In this document: in pieces, positions 28,825 to 37,729 of the stretch | How positions within the stretch are numbered: position 1 is the first letter of the stretch | Layout: the number at the start of each line of letters is the position of its first letter | Origin: Candidatus Aenigmatarchaeota archaeon | GTDB lineage: Archaea; Aenigmatarchaeota; Aenigmatarchaeia; CG10238-14; SCSR01 | Assembly: GCA_039000165.1 (NCBI GenBank) | Contig: JAWBTW010000006.1 | Span: forward strand, 1 to 46,132 | Direction: 5' to 3' | DNA length: 46,132 nt | The notes under the pieces: model-generated | Told to the model about the DNA's origin: nothing | Seen by the model: only the letters and a program-made list of their open reading frames with translations | The model's database searches: none | Program-made: the position numbers and the translations under genes

Positions 28825-28856
28825 ATATTTTAGATATGTGCGCAAGACTTATAAAC

Positions 28857-29312
28857 CTAACTAAATCCTTCAAAACTTTCCAAACTTAAAAGCATCCTTT
28901 CAATCTCATTTTTCAAGTAAATATTTTCGATGTTTTCCATTCCTTTAGCTATAAAGTGTTTAGCTTTGTAAAGTAAGTATGGGTTTTTGTTTTTTGCTTT
29001 TACAGAGTTGATAAACTGTTCAAGATATAGACTTGCGTACTTAAATTCAGTTAAAAGAAAGGCGTTTTGAAAGTTCTTTTGTCCGTTTAACAATTCTTTT
29101 GTTTTGTCAAGAAACAGTAAGTTTAAACTTTTGTAAGTTTGTTCGCTTAAACTTCTATAAAGTTCATTCAGCTCTTTTGAAATTCTTTCAATTTTTTCTA
29201 TCTTACCTTCTTTTTTTCCTTTTCTCAAAAGTCTGGAAAGAGTTAATAAAACAGCAACGCCTAAGGTTGAAGTACCTAAAGTGAGAACAAAAAATCCGGT
29301 AATCTCCATCAA
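28857..29312 (-). CDS. Hypothetical protein with N-terminal TM anchor
   Basis: 151 aa; hydrophobic N-terminus then helical domain; inserted between rpl11 and rpl1. Confidence 0.65.
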   Translation of the reverse strand: MMEITGFFVLTLGTSTLGVAVLLTLSRLLRKGKKEGKIEKIERISKELNELYRSLSEQTYKSLNLLFLDKTKELLNGQKNFQNAFLLTEFKYASLYLEQFINSVKAKNKNPYLLYKAKHFIAKGMENIENIYLKNEIERMLLSLESFEGFS

Positions 29313-29334
29313 TAATAAATTGATTTTTTAGAAT

Positions 29335-29832
29335 TTATTTTAAAAGATGGTTCCATTTTCCTTCGTCAATTTCTTTTATAATCTCTTTTGCTTTTTTTCC
29401 TTCCACAGTTACTGCCATGCTGTTGGCTGTACCTATAACTTGCTTTACTGCATTTTTCAAATCTTTCGAAAGCATTCCTTGCATTTTGATTTTCGCTATT
29501 TTTATACACTGTTCCATTGTTAAATTTCCAACACTTGTTTTTCCACTTGCCTTTTCTTCTTCAGTCAATTTTGCTTTTTCAATTCCTAATTCCTTTTTAA
29601 TTAAGCTAGAAGTTGGTGGTAAACCAATAGAAATTTCATATTCTTTTGTTTCCTTATCTATGGTTATTTTTACAGGAACTTGCATTCCTTCATAATCTTT
29701 TGTCATTTCATTTATTTTTTTGAAAATTTCCCCTATGTTTATCTTATAAACACTGAGTTTAGGTGCAGTAGTCGGTCCTGGAGAAGCCTTTCCACCTTCT
29801 ACCATTATTTCAATAGTTTCTTTCTCTCCCAT
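29335..29832 (-). CDS. rpl11: Ribosomal protein uL11
   Basis: VEGGKASPGP, GMQVPV, PPTSSLIKKE, GTANSM. Confidence 0.95.
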   Translation of the reverse strand: MGEKETIEIMVEGGKASPGPTTAPKLSVYKINIGEIFKKINEMTKDYEGMQVPVKITIDKETKEYEISIGLPPTSSLIKKELGIEKAKLTEEEKASGKTSVGNLTMEQCIKIAKIKMQGMLSKDLKNAVKQVIGTANSMAVTVEGKKAKEIIKEIDEGKWNHLLK

Positions 29833-29837
29833 GGAAT

Positions 29838-30278
29838 TCACTTACTCGTTTTCTCAATCATTTTCACAAATTCCACACTAACAGTTACTGGAATTGGTAC
29901 AGCAACCTCAAGTAGTTCTATGGTTACTTCTCTTTTTGTCTTATCATACCTTACAACTTTTCCTTTTTCTCCTTTAAATGGCCCGCCTATAATTTCTACT
30001 ACATCTCCTTGGTTTAGCTCGATTTCTACTGTTTTTGGTTCCAAGAACCTTTGGATTTCTTTTATCTCTACAGGAGTTTTAATTAAGCCTCTTACATGAG
30101 GAATTGCTTGAATTGCTTTTTCTATATCTTTTACATCACCCTCGACAAAAATGTAACCTTTGATTTCTTCTGGATGAACCAAAGCTTTAATGTTAAGGTT
30201 ATTTGTTTTTGCTTTTGAGGCTATAGCTTCTGCTACTATGTTTTCTCTTCCAACAACTGTTTTTACAGTATATATCAT
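29838..30278 (-). CDS. spt5: Transcription elongation factor Spt5
   Basis: KGYIFVE, KOW GDVVEIIGGPFKG, VPIPVTV. Confidence 0.96.
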   Translation of the reverse strand: MIYTVKTVVGRENIVAEAIASKAKTNNLNIKALVHPEEIKGYIFVEGDVKDIEKAIQAIPHVRGLIKTPVEIKEIQRFLEPKTVEIELNQGDVVEIIGGPFKGEKGKVVRYDKTKREVTIELLEVAVPIPVTVSVEFVKMIEKTSK

Positions 30279-30287
30279 TTTTATCAC

Positions 30288-30461
30288 TTAAAATGAAAGT
30301 AGGAGAGCCAATAAATATAAGATAAACCCTATAAAACCTATAAGAGTTATTCCTATCGCGCAAATTCTTATAGTTGTTATCAATTCTTCATATTCTGGTT
30401 TTTTACAGGCTGCTATTACTCTTCTATAATTTTGAATACTCTCTTTTATGTTTAGCTTCAT
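30288..30461 (-). CDS. secE: Protein translocase SecE/Sec61-gamma
   Basis: Manual translation MKLNIKESIQNYRRVIAACKKPEYEELITTIRICAIGITLIGFIGFILYLLALLLSF; canonical ftsZ-secE-spt5 order. Confidence 0.93.
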   Translation of the reverse strand: MKLNIKESIQNYRRVIAACKKPEYEELITTIRICAIGITLIGFIGFILYLLALLLSF

Positions 30462-30470
30462 GCGCATCTT

Positions 30471-31562
30471 CTAGATAAACTCTACTCCAAGTATTTTCTC
30501 TATGTCTTTTCTTTCTTCCTCACTAAAAGGCTTTTCTGGCCCAAATATTTGTGGTGATTTAACTCCTGTTATTATGAGCAAGGCTCTTATAGTATCGCCT
30601 AACTCTTTTGCTATTTGTGCTCCCCAAATTATTTTTGCATCTGGTGATAGCCTTGAGGAAACTGCTTCACAAACTTGTTGTGCTTCTCTAATAGTTATGT
30701 CTGGCCCTCCCATGACATTTATTAAAGCACCCTTTGCTCCGTTAATGTCAACTGTAATCAATGGATTGTTTAAAGCTTTTTCTACAGCCTCTAAAGCTCT
30801 GTTTTCTGTGTCGCTTTCACCCATACCAATCATTGCTAACCCTCCTTGTGACATTACTGCTCTTACATCTGCAAAGTCTAAGTTAACCAATCCAGGCTTT
30901 GTTACAAGTTCTGTTATTCCTTTAACTGCATTAACTAGAATTTCGTCAGCAACTTTAAAAGCTGTAGCTATGCTTACGTCTGGAACAATTTCTAAGAGTT
31001 TATCGTTTGGGATTACTATTAAGGTATCTACTACACCTTCTAAGTTTTTGAGTCCTTCTTTTGCGTTTGCCATTCTTACTTTTCCTTCCATGGTAAAAGG
31101 TAAAGTTACTACCGCAACAGTTAAAGCACCCATTTTTTTAGCTATATCAGCGATTACTGGTAAGCTTCCTGTTCCTGTCCCACCACCCAAACCACAAGTT
31201 AAAAACACTAAATCTGCTCCTCTCAAAGCCTTCTTCAAGTCTTCTTTACTTTCTTTTGCAGCTTCCATTCCTATTCTTGGGTCTGCTCCTGCTCCTAGCC
31301 CTCCAGTAAGTTCTTTTCCTATCAGGACTTTAACGTCAGCATCGGTATAAAGTAAGTCTTGAGCATCGGTGTTTACTGCTATAGTTTCTGCCCCAACTAT
31401 ACCTACTTGCATCAGCCTTGTTATAGTGTTGTTTCCTGCACCTCCTGCCCCCACTACTTTTATTCTAGTTTTCCTTTTTTCTAAGATGTCTCTTATTTCT
31501 TCATCAAAGGGAGAAACTTTTGAAGGTGCGCCGGTTTTTTCTATTATTTGCTTCACTCCCAT
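30471..31562 (-). CDS. ftsZ: Cell division protein FtsZ (FtsZ1 by synteny)
   Basis: GAGGAGNN, NTDAQDL, GGGTGTG, NLDFAD. Confidence 0.98.
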   Translation of the reverse strand: MGVKQIIEKTGAPSKVSPFDEEIRDILEKRKTRIKVVGAGGAGNNTITRLMQVGIVGAETIAVNTDAQDLLYTDADVKVLIGKELTGGLGAGADPRIGMEAAKESKEDLKKALRGADLVFLTCGLGGGTGTGSLPVIADIAKKMGALTVAVVTLPFTMEGKVRMANAKEGLKNLEGVVDTLIVIPNDKLLEIVPDVSIATAFKVADEILVNAVKGITELVTKPGLVNLDFADVRAVMSQGGLAMIGMGESDTENRALEAVEKALNNPLITVDINGAKGALINVMGGPDITIREAQQVCEAVSSRLSPDAKIIWGAQIAKELGDTIRALLIITGVKSPQIFGPEKPFSEEERKDIEKILGVEFI

Positions 31563-31604
31563 ATAACCACTGATTAAATATTCTATGAAATTAAGAATTT
31601 ATTC

Positions 31605-32264
31605 TTATTTGAAAACATCTACAAACCTCACTTCTTCCAGTTTTACCCATTCTTTTATGGTTTTTGCAATCCTTTCTTTAACTTCTCTTGTTAGGTTGAA
31701 CGTTTTTTTAAACTCTATCTCGACACTTTTTTCTTTCAATTTTATTTCTAACTCTTCCTTCTCTATTCCAGTAAAATAAAATACAATAGCTTCAACTTTT
31801 TCTTTTGTATCCTTTATTTCACCAACTATTTCTATCTCATACTCTAGAGTTTTTCCTGCTAAAGGATGGTTAAAATCAACTTTCACTCTTCCCCCAGAAA
31901 TACTTATTATCCTTCCTCTAAAACCTGCGATATTTACTATTTCTCCAACTTTTGGTTGTATGTTTTGCTCTTTGAAGCTAGATAAAGGAATCGTTTGAAC
32001 TAAAGCAGGGTTTCTTTCTCCAAAAGCTTCTTCAGGCTTAATTTCTACTTTTCTCTTTTCTCCAACTTTCATTTCTTTTAGAGCTTTATTTAAACCAGCT
32101 AGAATGAATTTAGCATCGACTATTATTGGGATTGGTTTATACTTTATTTCCGGGTTGTAAATTCCTTCTTTTTTTGCCAAATCTTCTTTTGTTAAATCAA
32201 AAATTTCTCCTGTATCTTTTACTCTTCCAACATAATCTATGTAGACAAAATCTCCAGTGTTCAT
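31605..32264 (-). CDS. Long-type FKBP peptidyl-prolyl isomerase (SlyD-like)
   Basis: GDFVYIDYVG, PEEAFGER, VDFNHPLAGKTL. Confidence 0.93.
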   Translation of the reverse strand: MNTGDFVYIDYVGRVKDTGEIFDLTKEDLAKKEGIYNPEIKYKPIPIIVDAKFILAGLNKALKEMKVGEKRKVEIKPEEAFGERNPALVQTIPLSSFKEQNIQPKVGEIVNIAGFRGRIISISGGRVKVDFNHPLAGKTLEYEIEIVGEIKDTKEKVEAIVFYFTGIEKEELEIKLKEKSVEIEFKKTFNLTREVKERIAKTIKEWVKLEEVRFVDVFK

Positions 32265-32416
32265 TTTTTCACCTTCCCTTCACACAAAATACAAAACCTT
32301 TGGCCAGGAACTACACACAAGGGACAAACTTTTGCTTTGCAAACATGGCAAGTGTAGAGTCCTGGCGAATACTTATTACAAGCTTGGCAATAACCTCCTA
32401 CCGCTATTTTTATCAC
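32261..32416 (-). CDS. Cys8 zinc-finger microprotein (48-51 aa)
   Basis: ..AVGGYCQACNKYSPGLYTCHVCKAKVCPLCVVPGQRFCILCEGKVKK; four CxxC; TGA overlaps the FKBP ATG. Not in ORF track. Confidence 0.8.
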   Translation of the reverse strand: MIKIAVGGYCQACNKYSPGLYTCHVCKAKVCPLCVVPGQRFCILCEGKVKK

Positions 32417-32455
32417 CTATAACATACAATAAGAGTTATATACTTAAGAATGTTG

Positions 32456-33136
32456 TTACTTAGGTACTAGTTCAGCTTTTTTAATCTCAAAAGTTCCAGA
32501 GTAATTTTTATAATTTATTACAAACTTTTTAACTTCAACTCTTTTCTTGAAAAAAGGAGCATCTAGAACAGTTGTTTCTATTTCTCCTCCCTCACCAGCA
32601 GGGTTTATCTTATATTTTTCCATTATTTCTTTCAGTTTTTTTATCACTTGAGCATCAATTTCTTTTCCAAGAAAGCTTTCATCAAAAGGGAAAGCGAAGA
32701 CTCCAGTAATTATTACTTTGAAATTGCTTTCAACAATTTCTTCCAAGAGTTTTACTTGATCTTCACCCCACAAAGGGTTTATGCATTCTAAATCAAGTTC
32801 TTTACAGACTTTTTCTATCCTGCTTTTTTGATAATTCGAAGCAATAGCTCCTGTTGCTACTCCTTCAATTTTAAACTTTTCCTTTGCTTTTACCAGAATT
32901 TTTTTCAAATCCTCCAACTCTTTTTCTTTTTCTCCTTTTGTTGTTTTTTGAATCAAAGGCAAGCCTATAGCTTTTGCTTGAAGTTTTGTGAGTTTAATAT
33001 TTGGAACATGAAACATGTAGCTTTCCTTGTTTTTTGAAATTAGAGTAATTAGACAAACTACATCATGCTTTCCTAAAACTCTTTTTAAAGCTAAGCAGGA
33101 ATCCTTACCACCTGTAAATAAAATTCCAACTCTCAT
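32456..33136 (-). CDS. Diphthine-ammonia ligase (Dph6 family)
   Basis: TGGKDS, SYMFH, GAIASNYQ, PAGEGGEIET. Confidence 0.92.
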   Translation of the reverse strand: MRVGILFTGGKDSCLALKRVLGKHDVVCLITLISKNKESYMFHVPNIKLTKLQAKAIGLPLIQKTTKGEKEKELEDLKKILVKAKEKFKIEGVATGAIASNYQKSRIEKVCKELDLECINPLWGEDQVKLLEEIVESNFKVIITGVFAFPFDESFLGKEIDAQVIKKLKEIMEKYKINPAGEGGEIETTVLDAPFFKKRVEVKKFVINYKNYSGTFEIKKAELVPK

Positions 33137-33175
33137 GATTTCATTTTTAAGTTAAACTTAAAGAAATTTTTCATG

Positions 33176-33193
33176 ATGTTAGACGTCTAACAT
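33176..33193. repeat. Perfect palindrome ATGTTAGACGTCTAACAT (copy 1)
   Basis: 18-bp perfect inverted repeat. Confidence 0.9.
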
Positions 33194-33224
33194 TAAGATG
33201 CTATACCTCTTCAGGGTTTCTGAG

Positions 33225-33346
33225 TGCAGGGGCTGGGATTTGAACCCAGGAAGGCACTAAGCCACAGGATTTCCTATCATCTTAAAATCAAAACTTAAGG
33301 TTTTGCCTTAAGTCCTGCGCCTTTGACCAGACTTGGCTACCCCTGC
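33225..33346 (-). tRNA. tRNA-Leu(TAA) with 36-nt canonical intron (33271-33306)
   Basis: GCAGGGG/CCCCTGC acceptor, CAGGA-CT-TAA-G|intron|A-TCCTG, long variable arm, central helix CTTA/TAGG. Confidence 0.93.
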
Positions 33347-33393
33347 CTACTTTAAAATATAGTTTGAAATAAAAAGTTTTTTACTTTTTAGTA

Positions 33394-33409
33394 TGTTAGA
33401 CGTCTAACA
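33394..33409. repeat. Perfect palindrome TGTTAGACGTCTAACA (copy 2)
   Basis: 16-bp core identical to copy 1. Confidence 0.9.
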
Positions 33410-33488
33410 AAAGCAAAATACAATTACAGGTTTTAAATTTAAATAGCATCAAGATTGTTTAAAAATATAGGAGTTTAAAAGTTAAATT

Positions 33489-34289
33489 TTACTTGATTTT
33501 CTTTAATTCCTTCCCAAATTCCTTTATCTTTTTACTTAAAGCTTCTATCGCTTCAAAAACTATTTCCTCAGCAGTTAAGCCAGAGGTTGTTTCCACGTTA
33601 AAGACAAAAGTATCTTCCAAAGCTTCAACTTTTATTGCTTCTTCAGGACAAACTTCAAGACATTGCAAACATAAGTTACAAGATTTTTCATCAGTTACTA
33701 TTATCTTTCCATTCTCAACTTTCAAAATTTTTCTTACACATTTTGCTACACACTTTGCACACTTTTCCCCTTTACATTTTCTTGTGTCAATAGAAATAGC
33801 AGGCATATTCTTATAGCTAGCTACAGAAGCTTGCCATTTTGCATGTTCTCTTCCAAAGCCAAGCTGAGCTGTTGCTTCAAATTCCAATTCTTCATTTTCA
33901 AAAAGTTCAATTATCGGAATATTGTCAAAAACTGGATAAACATCTTTATTCTTTGATTTTAAATCACCAGAATAAACAATGCAAGGACCTTTCTTCTTAA
34001 GAACAAACTTTACTTGACATCTGCTACATCCTTTCCCTTCGCATTTACATTCATTTGGTAACTCATAAATGTTTCTTTCGAACTTTAAAGGAATTTGGCC
34101 AAGTCTGTTTGCTATTATTTCATCCTGTAAAGAAGAACTATTCTTTAGAAAATCAACAAACTCTATAGCCATTGTTGGTATTTCCATCATCATAACTCTT
34201 CTCAAAGAATTTGCAAAGCCTGGAGTTATACCGCTTATAACAAAACTAATCTCAGGCTCACTTTTCTTTAAAATTTTTACTTCCATCAA
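33489..34289 (-). CDS. rpoD: RNA polymerase subunit D (Rpo3)
   Basis: FANSLRR, NSS..DEIIANRLG.IP, EHAKWQ; Cys cluster and ferredoxin-like insert. Confidence 0.96.
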   Translation of the reverse strand: MMEVKILKKSEPEISFVISGITPGFANSLRRVMMMEIPTMAIEFVDFLKNSSSLQDEIIANRLGQIPLKFERNIYELPNECKCEGKGCSRCQVKFVLKKKGPCIVYSGDLKSKNKDVYPVFDNIPIIELFENEELEFEATAQLGFGREHAKWQASVASYKNMPAISIDTRKCKGEKCAKCVAKCVRKILKVENGKIIVTDEKSCNLCLQCLEVCPEEAIKVEALEDTFVFNVETTSGLTAEEIVFEAIEALSKKIKEFGKELKKIK

Positions 34290-34335
34290 ACCACTATAAC
34301 TCTACTTTTTTCTTTCTAACTATTTAATTTTTTGC

Positions 34336-34740
34336 TTAAACTCTTCTTCCCCTTCTTCCACCTTTCGCACGCATTCTTCCATGAATTATAGGAGTTACAT
34401 CTTCTATCATTCCAATTTTTAAACCAGCTCTTGCCAAAGCTCTTATAGCAGGTTGGGCTCCTGGTCCTGGTGATTTGCTTTTTGTTCCTCCAGCAGCTCT
34501 AACTCTTATGTGTACGCCAGTAATTCCTTTAGCTAAAGCTTCTTCGGCAGCTTTTTTTGCTGCAAGCATCGCAGGAAAAGGCATTCCTTCTTCTCTATCT
34601 TTGTCTGTCATCATTCCACCAGAATACCTTGCTATAGTCTCTGAACCAGTGATGTCAGTAATGTGAACTATGGTGTTGTTGGCAGTACTATAAATGTGAG
34701 CTATTCCCCACCTTTCCTTTTTTTCCTTTTCCTCCATCAC
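34336..34740 (-). CDS. rps11: Ribosomal protein uS11
   Basis: [26 protein letters not shown]. Confidence 0.97.
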   Translation of the reverse strand: MMEEKEKKERWGIAHIYSTANNTIVHITDITGSETIARYSGGMMTDKDREEGMPFPAMLAAKKAAEEALAKGITGVHIRVRAAGGTKSKSPGPGAQPAIRALARAGLKIGMIEDVTPIIHGRMRAKGGRRGRRV

Positions 34741-35192
34741 TTCACCTTTACTTCTATTTTTTCTTCTTCTCCTCTTCTAACTATATATCCCGGATAAGGG
34801 ACTTTTCTTCTGTCTATAAACACATGACCATGAACTATTAGTTGCCTAGCATGTTTGATAGTGTTTGCTAAACCTTTTCTAAAAACAATTGTTTGTAACC
34901 TTCTCTCTAAAATATTTTCGACAGTCAAACTTAAGACATCATCTAAGCTTGCTTTTTCATCCAGCAAACCAAGTCTGTTTAACTTTTCAATCAACTCTTT
35001 CTCTTTTTTCTTATCTTTTTTTGCTGCCAAATCTCTTGCTATTCTTCTGTACTTTCTTAGGATAGCTTCTGCTCTCCAAAGCTCCCTTTTCCTTTTTAAG
35101 CCGTAATCTTTCATTATTTTTCTTTCTCTCTCTAACCTTTCTTTATCCCATGGTTTTCTTGGTACTTCATATTTTTTTCTCTGTCTTTTCAT
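34737..35192 (-). CDS. rps4: Ribosomal protein uS4
   Basis: [24 protein letters not shown]. Confidence 0.97.
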   Translation of the reverse strand: MKRQRKKYEVPRKPWDKERLERERKIMKDYGLKRKRELWRAEAILRKYRRIARDLAAKKDKKKEKELIEKLNRLGLLDEKASLDDVLSLTVENILERRLQTIVFRKGLANTIKHARQLIVHGHVFIDRRKVPYPGYIVRRGEEEKIEVKVK

Positions 35193-35196
35193 TCAA

Positions 35197-35769
35197 TCAC
35201 TTCTTTTCCTCTTTCTTTTCTTTTTTCTCTGTGGCGATTCTGACAGCTTTTCTAACGACACCAACAACCCTTCCCTTTCTGAAAGAGCTTCTTGTTCTTT
35301 GTCCTCTTACAGGTAAACCAAGCATATGTCTTATTCCTTTATAAGTTTTCAAATCTATCATCCTTTGGATGTCAAACTTTCTGTAAATTTCAACATCAGC
35401 TCCTGACAAGTGCAAATCTTTTCCTGTTTCTCTATCTTTTCTCCTGTTCAAAAGATAAGGTGGAATGCCGTAACTTAAAGGATTTTTAATTATTTTTTCT
35501 ATTTTTTGAATATCTTCTTCGCCCAAACTCCCAAGTTTTATTTTTGGGTTAATACCAGAAGCTTCACACACTGCTTTACTAAACGTAAAGCTGACTCCTT
35601 TTATACCCCTTAAAGCGTACATCAAGGGTTTTTCTCCATCCAAATCTGTATTTAAAACTCTAACAATTTTTCTAGCTTTTACTTCCTTAGGTTTCTTCTC
35701 TTCCTTTACTTTTTCCCTTTCCTTAGGTTTCTCTTCTATTTTCTCTTCCTTTACTTTTGTTACTCCCAT
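35197..35769 (-). CDS. rps13: Ribosomal protein uS13
   Basis: TDLDG, NRRKD, YKGIRH..GLPVRGQRT. Confidence 0.97.
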   Translation of the reverse strand: MGVTKVKEEKIEEKPKEREKVKEEKKPKEVKARKIVRVLNTDLDGEKPLMYALRGIKGVSFTFSKAVCEASGINPKIKLGSLGEEDIQKIEKIIKNPLSYGIPPYLLNRRKDRETGKDLHLSGADVEIYRKFDIQRMIDLKTYKGIRHMLGLPVRGQRTRSSFRKGRVVGVVRKAVRIATEKKEKKEEKK

Positions 35770-35825
35770 TTTCTCCCTTGCTTATAATCTTTAGAGGTAT
35801 TTTTTTAAACTTATAAATTTTAAAA

Positions 35826-35897
35826 TGGACCGGCCGGGATTCGAACCCAGAACCTCCACCATGCCAAGGTGGCGATCTACCGTTGATCTACCGGCCC
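35826..35897 (-). tRNA. tRNA-Ala(GGC)
   Basis: GGGCCGG/CCGGTCC with G3-U70, CCACC-TT-GGC-AT-GGTGG, TTCGAAT loop. Confidence 0.96.
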
Positions 35898-35898
35898 A

Positions 35899-36906
35899 TC
35901 AGCTTATCCTTCTTAAATTTTCTATGTTTTCACAACTTTTTCTCACATGACAACCCAAACATACTCTTCTTTCTAAGTTTTGAATTTTCCCCTTTTCTGG
36001 TATTGTTTTTCCCCTACAAATCATTTCTATTTCTTTTTTATATTTTAAAAACTTTCTTTTCATTTCTTCATCTATGTTTACTTTAACAAGTGTTTTCGAT
36101 TCGAAGAATATAAGATAGCTTTTTTCTACTTTTTTTCGGAAAAACTCTTCAAGAAGTATAGCTTCTCCTACGTTCTGAAGCAAGTGCTCCTCTTTTACAC
36201 CTTTTTTGCTCAACTTCCCAAGTTTTATATCTATTGGTATTATCTCATTCTCTTTTATTCCAATAATGTCAGGAGTTCCGGTTAGACCGATCTTAAAGGA
36301 GCAAAGTGTTTTTTCTGTGAATAAGTGTTTAAAACCTTCTTCGTTCAGGAGTTCGTAAAATTTTAAAATAAAATCCTTTAAACTTTCCCTACTTAAGCTT
36401 GTTTTTCCTTCATACTTCTCTAAAGCCTTTTCAACACAATACTCGATAACATTTTCTAGAGGTCCTTTCATGAGGTTTCTGATGAAAATGTTTAAGGCAA
36501 GATGGATTGCTTCCCCATCCCATGTTTTCCCTTTTCTTTCCTTGAATTCTTTAGCTAAAACAACTTTTTCTAAAAAAAGCCTTCTTGGGCATTGATAAAA
36601 TTTACCCACTTCTAATGGTGTAACAAAAAGTTTTCTGTTTTTATTTGCAATGAACTTTATTTTCTTTAAAATTTCTTCTACATTCCCTATTTCTTTTTCA
36701 ACTTTTATCTTTCCTCCCTTACCTTTTATTATTTTTCTCTTCTCAAGTTCTTGCAGCATTATGAAGAGAATGTCCGAAGAGTTTACATTTTTAGAAAGCA
36801 TTTTAATTAAAATTTTCTCCAGTTCAACTTCTTCGTTTAAGTAAAGATTAAGGATTTGGGCAATTGTATAAATATCTTTATCTCTAACTTCAACCCCAAC
36901 TTTCAT
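35899..36906 (-). CDS. Solo Cas4-like PD-(D/E)xK nuclease with N-terminal extension
   Basis: YQCPRR, G..IH, GTPD...PIDIK, LQ, C-terminal CLGC...C (1+3 Cys). Confidence 0.8.
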   Translation of the reverse strand: MKVGVEVRDKDIYTIAQILNLYLNEEVELEKILIKMLSKNVNSSDILFIMLQELEKRKIIKGKGGKIKVEKEIGNVEEILKKIKFIANKNRKLFVTPLEVGKFYQCPRRLFLEKVVLAKEFKERKGKTWDGEAIHLALNIFIRNLMKGPLENVIEYCVEKALEKYEGKTSLSRESLKDFILKFYELLNEEGFKHLFTEKTLCSFKIGLTGTPDIIGIKENEIIPIDIKLGKLSKKGVKEEHLLQNVGEAILLEEFFRKKVEKSYLIFFESKTLVKVNIDEEMKRKFLKYKKEIEMICRGKTIPEKGKIQNLERRVCLGCHVRKSCENIENLRRIS

Positions 36907-36919
36907 CTAAATCACAGAA

Positions 36920-37078
36920 TTATCTTTTAGAAGCCCATTTTAACTTTCTTGGATCCCTTCCAAGCATGTAATTCTTTTCGCATTTTGAACTACAAAAATA
37001 AAGAATTTCCCCACTGTTCTTGACGAACATTTTTCCTCTGTTTATCTTGAAATTTCTGCTACAAAAACTGCATTTCAT
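36920..37078 (-). CDS. rpl24e: Ribosomal protein eL24
   Basis: Manual translation MKCSFC...[22 protein letters not shown]...RDPRKLKW. Confidence 0.95.
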   Translation of the reverse strand: MKCSFCSRNFKINRGKMFVKNSGEILYFCSSKCEKNYMLGRDPRKLKWASKR

Positions 37079-37082
37079 AAAA

Positions 37083-37292
37083 TTACCTTTCTTCCATCTT
37101 TGCTGCAGTTTCCATTTCTGTTTCTCTCAACATCAATATATCTCCAACTCTTATAGGACCAATAACATTTCTTGTCAAAACCTTTCCTTTATCAGGACCT
37201 TCTAAAACTTTGCATCTTACTTGAGTGACACCTCTAACTCCTGTTCTTCCTAATATTTGTAAAACTTCTGCAGGATAAGCATCTTTTGCCAT
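37083..37292 (-). CDS. rps28e: Ribosomal protein eS28
   Basis: [23 protein letters not shown]. Confidence 0.96.
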   Translation of the reverse strand: MAKDAYPAEVLQILGRTGVRGVTQVRCKVLEGPDKGKVLTRNVIGPIRVGDILMLRETEMETAAKMEER

Positions 37293-37294
37293 TT

Positions 37295-37663
37295 TTATCC
37301 TTTAATCTTTGAAACTCTTTCTATTATCTCTTTTAAACTTTCTTTTGCTTCGCCAGGCTCAATTATACAAACAGATGCAGCAGCGACATCTATTCCAGCA
37401 GCTCTTCCTAGTTCTTGCTTGCTTGGTACATAAACGTAAGGAATACCCTTTTCTTCACAGAGAGGAGGAAGGTGCATTACAATTTCCTCAGGTTCGACAT
37501 CTTCTGCTATTACAACTAGTTTTGCTAAACCCTTTTCAACAGCTTTTGTTGTTTCGTTAGTTCCTTTTTTAACTTTTCCGGTATTCTTTGCGACTTCAAC
37601 TGCTTGCAATACTTTATCACTCAAATCTTTTGGTACATTAAACTTCACGTAGGCTTTCGGCAT
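37295..37663 (-). CDS. rpl7ae: Ribosomal/RNP protein L7Ae (eL8)
   Basis: [31 protein letters not shown]. Confidence 0.97.
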   Translation of the reverse strand: MPKAYVKFNVPKDLSDKVLQAVEVAKNTGKVKKGTNETTKAVEKGLAKLVVIAEDVEPEEIVMHLPPLCEEKGIPYVYVPSKQELGRAAGIDVAAASVCIIEPGEAKESLKEIIERVSKIKG

Positions 37664-37729
37664 ACCATCACCTCATGCCACTATCAAATTCTATACATAT
37701 TAGAAGGTTTATATAGTTTTTGTATCCAC

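Noticed and set aside
30502-31350. 282-aa ORF antisense to ftsZ and other antisense ORFs (e.g. 3355-3786, 8816-9274, 25669-26091)
   Set aside because: Shadow frames of well-supported genes, with no motifs.
32303-32366. Hairpin ncRNA (GCCAGGAACTACAC...GTGTAGAGTCCTGGC)
   Set aside because: Lies inside the Cys8 microprotein CDS; an mRNA structure is possible but a separate RNA gene is unsupported.
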